Below are positions 55,516 through 64,000 of a stretch of 64,000 nt of DNA, one piece after another. How positions within the stretch are numbered: the stretch's first letter is position 1; each line of letters starts with the position of its first letter. Source of the stretch: a virus; IMG/VR virus record IMGVR_UViG_3300029309_000010, positions 21,137 to 85,136 of that record; one strand, given 5' to 3'. The translations under genes and the position numbers were made by a program. A model generated the notes under the pieces. That model was given only the letters and a program-made list of their open reading frames with translations, was not told where the DNA came from and did not search any database.

Positions 55516-58500
55516 TTAGCCTATCCTCCAAATAGATCCGTCAGAGTAGACGGGTATAGCGTTGTAACCACCAGCGTAAGAAGTTACGCCAGCTCCTACT
55601 GTAGTAGAACCAACTCCTACTGTAGAGTTATTTACAAATGCTCTTTGTCCAGCAGGAGAAGCTGATGGTAGAGATCCTATTGCATAAACAGCGCTTTTAA
55701 TTGTGCCATTTACATCTAGTTTTGTTTGTGGACTAGCTGTTCCTATACCAACATTTTGATTAGCATCAATTCTAATAGCCTCTACAATAGATCCACCAGC
55801 TTGTCTAGTCTCAAAAGACATGCTTGAGTTTGGTTTACCATGATTAGAAATTTTGAAATTATTAGTGCTTGCTCCTTGGTATAATAAAGAAACACCATTA
55901 TCAATTGGCGCACTAGTGGGACCAGTTCCAATTTTAAATTGAACATCAGCATCATTAGTGGTAGAGTTAAGTATGACACTCATATTGCCAGCATCTTGCA
56001 TATGTAAGATGCCCTCTGGCGCAGTCGTTCCTATACCAACAGCTAACGACTTTACGAAAACCTCTGGAGTAGTGTTATTTGTAGAACCTGCCCATATCCC
56101 CATACCACCAACACTGCCATTTCCGTAACCACCTACGGCACCAAAGTAACCGTCAGAAGTTCCTTTAAATGATATTGCTTGAGAGCTTCCAGCAACAGTG
56201 TGATTTTGAGTGTGACCATCAATAATCAAAGGCTCATGAGCAGTGCCATTTACAGAGTCATTTAGTATATGAAGTTTCTCTTCTGGCGCAGTTGTTCCTA
56301 TACCTACTTTATTTCCAACCAAACTTAAAATATCAGACCCTCCTGCACGGAGATCCATTCTATCAACTGCATGATAATATCTTACATAGCCTTGGTTAGC
56401 TGAAGCTGTATCGCCAAAAGCTAAATATTGGAAACTGCTTGCTGGACTTGATAATTGAATACCGACATTGCCATTATTTTCTATTATTAAATCATCATGA
56501 CTTGCATTTGTGGCTATGGTTCCACCTGCATCTGCTGTGTAAATATGAGTAGTTCCAAGGGGATCAGTTGTTCCTATACCGACATCACCTGCATGTGTAA
56601 ATCGAGCTAAGTCTACTCCATTATTATTCTTAATGGTTATGTCACCATTAGCAGTAGCAGCGGTTACTTGATTCACAATAGCAGCGTTAGCTACCAAGCT
56701 TGTGGATGTCTTTATAATTCCCGCAACCTCTAATGGGACAGATGGATTAGTCGTTCCTATACCTACACTATTAGAGGCAACAATATTTTTTGCTTCAAAC
56801 TTTTGATTTTGATTGACAACTGTATGAATAACAGTTGAAGTAGAAGTTGATGTAGCTAAAGATGATGGTAAACTTACGGGATGGTCAGTGCTTCTAGCCG
56901 TGACTGAAACATCTACAATTGGTCCCGAACTAAATTCTAATTTTATTTCAACTGTTCCATCAGCTCTTACTCTTACAGCTGTTATATTCGCGTAGCCGCT
57001 ATTTGCGCTTACTATAGAACTAAGTAAAGTTATGTATCCAAATTCATGACCAGAAAAACCTTCGCTAACAATAAAGTCCATAGAACTATGTGCGTAAGTG
57101 TTGACACTGAAATGAACAGGACCAGTATGTTGATCGGTAATAGTTCCTATTGGGAAGAAATCTTCATCGCTTCCACTTAATGAAGTATATCTTTTTGTTC
57201 GAATTTGATCAGAGGATATTAGTCCATCAGCTTTAATATCTCCTCCTACATCAAGCTCACAAGTTGGAACTGTCTTTCTTATTCCAACATATGCAGTGGT
57301 GTGGGCTACGGAGATACCGACAAGATTTGCGTGGGGATCTTCTACTCCCCAATAACTAGAGGGGATATTTGAATTTGTCGAGCTACCGCCGCCTATACCA
57401 GCTCGAAATGAATAACTATCGCCTCTTCTGAAGCGAATAGTGCCGCCATAGCTGGCGTTACCCTTTAGGTCTAAAACTTCTCCGTTCTGATCACTATTAT
57501 CAAATACTGATAATTTTCTGACTGGATCAGTTGTCCCTATACCGATTTTACCATCACTTTCAATTCGTATAGCTTCTGTTTTCGCGCCATTAAATTCAGT
57601 TACTCCGATAGCACCATAAGGAACTGTTCCTGTTCTGCCGCCTTCAAAGTAGATGCCTCTGTCGTTTGAGGTTCCTATTCTTACAAGCGCACCAGCACCA
57701 TTAGCGTCACTTGTTCCTTCAAACCTCGCTACTTCACATACTGCACTACCAGCATGTCTTACATGAAATCTTGTTGGCGTTGTATCAAAAGCTAAAGGCA
57801 CTTGTGTCCCTACGCCTACATGGCCGTTTTCTGTTATGGCAATGAATCCATTTTCAATTAATGAGCTATTTAGATAATGACCAAACTTAGCGACATTATT
57901 ACTTCTATCGAATCTTAAACCAGCATACCTAAAGTTACTATCAGTCGCTTGGACCCCAGCAAGAGAGTATCTATCACTTCCATCTGTGCTAAATGACAGA
58001 ATGTTTCCTGTTACATGAAGAAATGCATTACTAGCAGGACTGTGTGTTCCTATACCTACTTTACCTGCTTGGGTAATAATAAATTCTGCACTAGTATCTA
58101 TACCATAATTAACATTACTAATACCAAAATACTCTCCATTAGAATTATCCATCCCTAAAGACCAAGCATTTCCTCCCGCTAATAATCTTAACCCCGCATC
58201 ACCAGCACCATCTTGTTGGATAGTTAGTTGCGGAAGAGTGTCTGTCCCATTAGAATATAAATTTAATTTAGTATCAGGACTGGTTGTTCCTATACCGACC
58301 TTGCCGTCTCCTTTGAACACTATTTTTTGAGACCCCCCATCGGCTGTCGTGAAGAAATTGAAATCCCCAGCCGCTTTAAAGTTCATTCCAAGTCCCTGAC
58401 CTTGAATGGTATTGTTTACACTCCCACCTAATGTTACTTTACCCTCTAATCTAGAGGTTCCTGCATTATGAAGTTTATAAGCTGGATTATTTGTTCCTAT

Positions 58501-61500
58501 GCCTACATTACCACCCGCTTCAATTACCATCTGAGTAGAATTATTTTCACGGAAAAATATACTTTTACTTGATGACCTATTAATATAAAGATTTTTATCA
58601 GCAGAGGAACTAATGAAGTTATAGTCATTTTGACTAGTGCTGCCATTCAATGTGATAGCATTATAACTTGGATATATCCCACTACCCATTAATATAGACC
58701 CCTTGCCTTCTGGGCCGTATACCTCTAGAGAAGCACTTGGGTCTGTTACCCCTATACCAACTCTAGGACACTCTGAACTATAACGAAGCATTAAGCTCGG
58801 TTTATAATCATATAAGCTAAATGCTACTGCATTAGCTGTGCTACCACCCTGACGGAAACGGAATGAGTTGGTTACACCATTATAAGTTCCGTATATAAGA
58901 GATAATGCTCTTGAACCTGCATTAGATGTAGCTCCATAAAATATGGTTGATCCATCAAGTTGAGTGTTGCCATGAACATGAAGTCTTTGACTTGGAACAG
59001 TCGTTCCTATACCTACGTTACCAGCAGAGCTTATAACCAAATGGTCAGTCATGGCCTCATGACCAACTTGATTCCTGCCTATCGCAAATTGAGTCGCATT
59101 ATTATCATGTATGCCAACACCCCAGTAATTACTGCTATCATTAGAACCATTAAATACGATTCTGGGGACAACATTTCCACCGACAGTAATACCCCCATAT
59201 GTTGTCGTGGGTTTTACGTCTAATATTGCTGATGGACTATCTGTTCCTATACCAACATTACCAGCAGAGTTGATTTGCATCCTCTCTGTGCCATTAGTAG
59301 TGGCATCATTGGCGGCAGTTTTAAATACAATTTGTGTAGCTGCATTACCCGCACTTGACCCACCGCCTATGTTAACTACATTGCTAGTGCCATTAGAATC
59401 ACCTACCATTAAGATAACAGGCTGCTCTGCATTATGGTAATGAGGCATCCCAATACGCGTAAATTTACGAGTATCATTAGTAAGTGATTGTGCGGTCACA
59501 TCAGCACCTGCGACTATAGTAAATCCACCATTGTCTTGGAGAACTTGTAATTTTCCATCATCTGGACTATTTGTTCCTATACCAAAGTTGCCAGCAGAAA
59601 TGTGGTTGTTTGTTCCATCACTATAGAAAGCTATTTTTTCAACATTACCATCATACATGTGGAATCTAGCTCCATCAGTTGCCTTTTCTGCTATTTTGAC
59701 AATAGGATTAGTATTGCTGTTTCCCTGTATTGTTAAAGCAGAGTCATTTGAGCTAATGCTGTTTGATTTTATAGTTAAAGGCGATGTCGGACCAGTCGTT
59801 CCTATACCTACATTTCCAGCAGCATTAACAACTAATTTTTCTTGAGATGCTGTGGTTTTACTAATCGCTGAACCACCGTTTAGAACAATTGAAAATCTAT
59901 TGGCATCTCCACCGAGATTATCCCCATCATACATTAAAGCACAATGAGAATTTGAATTGTCTGTTTCAGAGAATAAGATTGTAGGTTTGCCATCACCAGC
60001 TGTAGCTTGATCGCTAGTAATTCTTAAATCACCACCAAAAACATGTAATGGGTTCAATGGATTGTTTGTTCCTATACCTACATTACCATCTCCCCTCACC
60101 CTCATGAGGCTTGACCCAGCCTTACTGTTTACTTCCAATGCCACATCTGAGCTATTACTACCTGCTTCAATTTTTACTCCAAAATTATCACCAGCAGTAG
60201 CCTCATCATTTTCAAACAATGCAACGTAGGTGTCCGCGCTAACACCATCAGCGGCTTTCACATGTAGTAGGTTTTGTGGATCATTGTTCGATATACCAAC
60301 ACGACCAACCGAATCAATTCGCATTCTCTCTACACCCGCTGTCAAAAATCCAAGTTCATTATTGCCGAGCCTAGACATGCCCATATTGACATTATCATAG
60401 AAACCATAATCAGCCTCACTAGAAGATGCACTACTAACAACAATTCTACCTTTGTTAGTAGAATTTCCGACAACTAATGTTGTATCTGCTTCACCAGTAA
60501 TATGGAAAGAAGCTCCTCCACCTTGTGATTGAGAATCTGCGTGTCTGTAAGTTATGTTACCATTTTGAAGAGAGGAGGAATTGTCGTTAAATTGTATAGT
60601 TGCTCCCTTGCCATTATTAGTGTTGTGAATCCTTAATACAGGAGCATCATCTGTCGCAGAACCTCTTACGTCTAATGGTGCATTAGGACTAGCTGTGTTA
60701 ATACCTACTTTTTGAGCATTTCCATCTCCTCCAAAATAAATTCTATTACTAGATGAAATGAACTTCAGATCTAGCGCACCATTATCGCTAGATATTTTCA
60801 TAGCAGTCCTGCTATTCGCTGTCGCGGGACCAATACGGAAATTACCGTGTGTCGTAGTATTTATACCAAATAAATTACTACCTACAGATCCTTTAATTTC
60901 AAGGGGCACGTTAGGACTAGTTGTTCCTATACCGACGAAGCTGCCGTTGCCATCGCCTTGCCCTTTGATGTTTATTCCCACGCCTCCCGCTGTTCCTAAC
61001 GCCAAAAGACTGGTGAAAGCGCGAGTGTTCGTGATTCTAACATCATCAAAACTAATCCGTTCAAATTCCAAGGCACGGGAAGGTCCATGCATGAATCCCA
61101 CACTGTCTCCGTTCGCCGCCAAATTAACCGTCAGATTGTCAAGAGGGTTGGCTGTTCCTATGCCTACTTTACCTGCGGAGGTAATAATCGCCGCTTGATT
61201 GCCATTATTAGGTCTAAAATTTATGTCTTTACCAGCAGCTGCATCAAGAAACAAATGACTAGTTATATTTTTTATTACAAAATTACCGTCTAAGAAGAGG
61301 TCTTGTTTTGTTCTTATCCTGCCATTTACATCTAATGTAAAAGTTGGATTAGTCATGTTAATGCCGACTCTATCAGTCGAAGCATCAACATATAAGGTAT
61401 CCGTATCGAAATAGCTGTCACCATTTGGATCTATCTTTAAAGTCTTCGCTCCTCCGTCACCTGCAACGGTGCCATATTCATAACCACATATTTCATGATA

Positions 61501-64000
61501 TATATTACCGCCATTTGTGGTGACAAATGGTCCTTCTAGATTAGCCATTCTTTTACCCACATATGAGACCTGTGTGAAAGAGGTTGTATTATTAGGATTA
61601 TTTTTAAGAGTAAATTGAATTTCTGTTAAATAATTACCCGCTAAATTACAGAATACTTGATGTAAGCCGCCGTAACCTTTGGTTTTGTATGGTCCCTGAA
61701 CATGTGGAGAGCTAGTCCGTATGTTCCCATCTTTATCTTTCCACTTAACATCTGTAATCTGTCCCGTGTTGACATGATAAAAATCAAGCACTAAAACTCC
61801 ATCAACATAAGTATATCCATTAGTTGGCTGATACCCTTGAGAAGATTGAGGATTATTGCCAGTTACATTAATATTGAAAACTATATCGCCCCTATTTGCA
61901 GCAACTGCTACAGCAGTCTGTTCATTATTGCCATCTGTAAATTTTTCTGATTGAGAGGTGCCAACTGTAACTTGATTATTTATATCAACCCCAGATGTTA
62001 TAATAAACTGACGACCCCTACCAAAGAATCTATTATTGGCAAGCTGAGAGAGAATTTGTTTATTTCCAAATACGCCATATGGATTTAAAACATCATTATG
62101 TATAATTGCTGATGTATCAGTAGCATGCCCACTTATGTTAGGGCTGCTAATAATTTCATTTGCTTTATAAGGGGCGTTAGATACAAACCTACCAGTTCCT
62201 CTTACATCAAACCTAGCTTGAGCGACATTTGTTCCAACTGATATATCACCATCAGAGGCAATACGCATTGCTTCTGAGCCAGCTGTAAGAAATCGTTGGA
62301 AATTTAATGCACTAAAACTTATATCCCCTCCCGATTCCTCATTATTAATTTGAAAACTGTCACTGGTTCCAGCAAAGCCAACGAGAGCATGTCTATCGCC
62401 AGCTCTATCAAAAGCTATGTAGATAGGGCCACTATCAGTGGCATTAAGATGAAGCATATCATCTACAGAAGATTCAATTTTTAACTGACCATGAACCTCT
62501 AATTTAGACTGTGGATTAGTTGTTCCTATACCTACATTGCCACCATTAGGTGCTAAAAGAGTTTCTCCATCATCATCTATTTGGAATCTAAGATTCTGGG
62601 TGCCTCCTTCTGAAGCAGCTTCTTTTAATTGGAAGCGAGCAGAGGAATCAATAGATTGAGTCCAAACTTGACCATTTGATGCTCTGCTTATTCTGAATTC
62701 TGGTGCGTTAGATGCCGCATAAACATGTAGGTTGGACCTTGGTATGTTGGTTCCTATACCAACAAACCCATTATTTCTGATACGCATCCTCTCCGCAGAG
62801 TTAACTGAGAATTGTATACTACTAGGAGTGGAAAAAGACAAAGCCCCTGCTGCATCAGTATTGTTAATACTAAAAATAGCATTTGATGATGAATCAAACC
62901 CCATGAGAACCTTAGTAGTTCCAGCTCTATCAAAATTTATAAAGTTGGCACCAGCATCAGTAGAATTAAGAGTTAGTAATTCACCAGCAGTTTTGTTAAT
63001 AACAATTCTATTAGTTGTAGTAGCGCCACGATCTGTGACAGTCTGTAAGGTGTCAGTATCTAGATCACTAGCCCCTGTCATTACAGGGTTGCCATCAACG
63101 AACAGTCCTTGGCTAAATTTTCCACTTCCTAACACATCTAGTTGAGCAGTAGGACTATCTGTTCCTATGCCTACATTGCCGCTTCTTATATTAAGATCAG
63201 ATATTGAGTTGTTGCCGCCTAATCTTAAATAGTCTTGATCATTTGTGATCCCACCTCTAGCTCTAAGTCTGCCATTACCGTTACTACCAATATAAGCTCC
63301 TTGTGAAGAAGATGCCCAAAAGTAATTCTTGCTGACTTGGACGACTCCATCATTTCTTACATAAAGCATTGAAGAATTATTACTATCACAAACATTTAAG
63401 GATTGGGTTGTTGCATCTGCACCTACCCCTCTTATTTTAAGACTAGCATCTGGATTAGTTGTCCCGATACCAACTTTGCCATCTGATTTTATAATAACAG
63501 CATTACCCGCTGCATTTTTAAATTTAAGATCATCCACTCCAGCGTCTCCAAACTGAATGCTATCCGTAGAAGCGGGGGAAACAGCTCTTTGTAGAGTCCC
63601 ATCAGTTATTTTAACTCGTAACCCATCCTCTAAAGCACCCTCTCCATCTACATGTAACTTATAAGATGGACTCTCTGTTCCTATACCTACATTGTGAGTT
63701 AAACCATCTATAGCGAGAGCAGTGCTTGTAACTCCACCTTTATTAGTTTGGAACCTCATGTCGTGGTTTTGACCCAACTGTCTAATAAACATGGTGCCAC
63801 CACCACCTACATTTAGTTTGTCAAAGTTTCCAACAGTAGATATATTTCCAGATAAAAGAGTATCTCCTCTGACATCTAATTTTTCAGATGGATTATCTGT
63901 TTCTATACCTACATTGCCATTATCAAGGACGGTAATTCTTTCAGAGGAATTAGTTGATATACTGACCTTCCCAAGCGCATTTAAAAGTAAATTATTACTA
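55516..64000 (-). CDS. Giant repeat-built tail fibre protein (>2800 aa, 5' truncated)
   Basis: About 29 G(N/K)VGIGTxxP...L(H/D)V repeats separating variable modules. The frame stays open from 63999. Confidence 0.85.
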   Translation of the reverse strand, partial: SNNLLLNALGKVSISTNSSERITVLDNGNVGIETDNPSEKLDVRGDTLLSGNISTVGNFDKLNVGGGGTMFIRQLGQNHDMRFQTNKGGVTSTALAIDGLTHNVGIGTESPSYKLHVDGEGALEDGLRVKITDGTLQRAVSPASTDSIQFGDAGVDDLKFKNAAGNAVIIKSDGKVGIGTTNPDASLKIRGVGADATTQSLNVCDSNNSSMLYVRNDGVVQVSKNYFWASSSQGAYIGSNGNGRLRARGGITNDQDYLRLGGNNSISDLNIRSGNVGIGTDSPTAQLDVLGSGKFSQGLFVDGNPVMTGASDLDTDTLQTVTDRGATTTNRIVINKTAGELLTLNSTDAGANFINFDRAGTTKVLMGFDSSSNAIFSINNTDAAGALSFSTPSSIQFSVNSAERMRIRNNGFVGIGTNIPRSNLHVYAASNAPEFRISRASNGQVWTQSIDSSARFQLKEAASEGGTQNLRFQIDDDGETLLAPNGGNVGIGTTNPQSKLEVHGQLKIESSVDDMLHLNATDSGPIYIAFDRAGDRHALVGFAGTSDSFQINNEESGGDISFSALNFQRFLTAGSEAMRIASDGDISVGTNVAQARFDVRGTGRFVSNAPYKANEIISSPNISGHATDTSAIIHNDVLNPYGVFGNKQILSQLANNRFFGRGRQFIITSGVDINNQVTVGTSQSEKFTDGNNEQTAVAVAANRGDIVFNINVTGNNPQSSQGYQPTNGYTYVDGVLVLDFYHVNTGQITDVKWKDKDGNIRTSSPHVQGPYKTKGYGGLHQVFCNLAGNYLTEIQFTLKNNPNNTTSFTQVSYVGKRMANLEGPFVTTNGGNIYHEICGYEYGTVAGDGGAKTLKIDPNGDSYFDTDTLYVDASTDRVGINMTNPTFTLDVNGRIRTKQDLFLDGNFVIKNITSHLFLDAAAGKDINFRPNNGNQAAIITSAGKVGIGTANPLDNLTVNLAANGDSVGFMHGPSRALEFERISFDDVRITNTRAFTSLLALGTAGGVGINIKGQGDGNGSFVGIGTTSPNVPLEIKGSVGSNLFGINTTTHGNFRIGPATANSRTAMKISSDNGALDLKFISSSNRIYFGGDGNAQKVGINTASPNAPLDVRGSATDDAPVLRIHNTNNGKGATIQFNDNSSSLQNGNITYRHADSQSQGGGASFHITGEADTTLVVGNSTNKGRIVVSSASSSEADYGFYDNVNMGMSRLGNNELGFLTAGVERMRIDSVGRVGISNNDPQNLLHVKAADGVSADTYVALFENDEATAGDNFGVKIEAGSNSSDVALEVNSKAGSSLMRVRGDGNVGIGTNNPLNPLHVFGGDLRITSDQATAGDGKPTILFSETDNSNSHCALMYDGDNLGGDANRFSIVLNGGSAISKTTASQEKLVVNAAGNVGIGTTGPTSPLTIKSNSISSNDSALTIQGNSNTNPIVKIAEKATDGARFHMYDGNVEKIAFYSDGTNNHISAGNFGIGTNSPDDGKLQVLQDNGGFTIVAGADVTAQSLTNDTRKFTRIGMPHYHNAEQPVILMVGDSNGTSNVVNIGGGSSAGNAATQIVFKTAANDATTNGTERMQINSAGNVGIGTDSPSAILDVKPTTTYGGITVGGNVVPRIVFNGSNDSSNYWGVGIHDNNATQFAIGRNQVGHEAMTDHLVISSAGNVGIGTTVPSQRLHVHGNTQLDGSTIFYGATSNAGSRALSLIYGTYNGVTNSFRFRQGGSTANAVAFSLYDYKPSLMLRYSSECPRVGIGVTDPSASLEVYGPEGKGSILMGSGIYPSYNAITLNGSTSQNDYNFISSSADKNLYINRSSSKSIFFRENNSTQMVIEAGGNVGIGTNNPAYKLHNAGTSRLEGKVTLGGSVNNTIQGQGLGMNFKAAGDFNFFTTADGGSQKIVFKGDGKVGIGTTSPDTKLNLYSNGTDTLPQLTIQQDGAGDAGLRLLAGGNAWSLGMDNSNGEYFGISNVNYGIDTSAEFIITQAGKVGIGTHSPASNAFLHVTGNILSFSTDGSDRYSLAGVQATDSNFRYAGLRFDRSNNVAKFGHYLNSSLIENGFIAITENGHVGVGTQVPLAFDTTPTRFHVRHAGSAVCEVARFEGTSDANGAGALVRIGTSNDRGIYFEGGRTGTVPYGAIGVTEFNGAKTEAIRIESDGKIGIGTTDPVRKLSVFDNSDQNGEVLDLKGNASYGGTIRFRRGDSYSFRAGIGGGSSTNSNIPSSYWGVEDPHANLVGISVAHTTAYVGIRKTVPTCELDVGGDIKADGLISSDQIRTKRYTSLSGSDEDFFPIGTITDQHTGPVHFSVNTYAHSSMDFIVSEGFSGHEFGYITLLSSIVSANSGYANITAVRVRADGTVEIKLEFSSGPIVDVSVTARSTDHPVSLPSSLATSTSTSTVIHTVVNQNQKFEAKNIVASNSVGIGTTNPSVPLEVAGIIKTSTSLVANAAIVNQVTAATANGDITIKNNNGVDLARFTHAGDVGIGTTDPLGTTHIYTADAGGTIATNASHDDLIIENNGNVGIQLSSPASSFQYLAFGDTASANQGYVRYYHAVDRMDLRAGGSDILSLVGNKVGIGTTAPEEKLHILNDSVNGTAHEPLIIDGHTQNHTVAGSSQAISFKGTSDGYFGAVGGYGNGSVGGMGIWAGSTNNTTPEVFVKSLAVGIGTTAPEGILHMQDAGNMSVILNSTTNDADVQFKIGTGPTSAPIDNGVSLLYQGASTNNFKISNHGKPNSSMSFETRQAGGSIVEAIRIDANQNVGIGTASPQTKLDVNGTIKSAVYAIGSLPSASPAGQRAFVNNSTVGVGSTTVGAGVTSYAGGYNAIPVYSDGSIWRIG

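Noticed and set aside
55516-64000. Diversity-generating retroelement acting on the tail fibre
   Set aside because: No reverse transcriptase and no TR/VR pair with adenine-specific mismatches were seen in the window.
1-64000. Stop-codon reassignment, or introns/inteins in terL, portal or MCP
   Set aside because: Genes are full length and tightly packed under the standard code, and the core proteins have normal sizes with no splicing motifs.

Overview
This window is 64 kb from a large, AT-rich tailed dsDNA phage with a long-tailed, siphovirus-like gene set; the host cannot be determined from the sequence. Positions 1-6.7 kb hold three glycosyltransferases, Hsp20, a Whirly-like SSB and a probable ssDNA-annealing protein. 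Positions 6.7-38 kb form one minus-strand morphogenesis block: tail-tip proteins, tape measure, two tail-tube paralogs, neck proteins, major capsid, protease/scaffold, portal, large terminase, an ERCC4 nuclease, an ECF-like sigma factor and PhoH. Positions 38-45.5 kb are a partly GC-rich plus-strand early-type module of small genes. Positions 45.6-55.5 kb carry accessory genes (HNH-AP2, tRNA-Leu, a DenV-like glycosylase, RuvB-like ATPase, PPase, cupin, GT2), and 55.5-64 kb is a >2800-aa repeat-built tail fibre truncated by the window edge. The most striking unexplained feature is in the early module. Seven copies of an exactly 75-bp element (25-bp palindrome, 25-bp GC-rich spacer, 25-bp palindrome, with IHF-consensus-like half-sites) punctuate it into cassette-like units. 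Several copies start exactly on the upstream stop codon or tRNA end, and most are followed by an A-tract and a stereotyped, apparently leaderless sigma70-type promoter (TTG(C/A)NN-16-TANNNT-6/7-ATG). Other recurring signals are a GTGTAA-N8-start late motif, a bipartite TATTTG-N16-CCT motif, [S/T]-G enrichment in virion proteins alongside four glycosyltransferases, and DNA-level conservation of the tail-fibre repeat junctions. All calls come from reading the sequence by eye; no searches were run.
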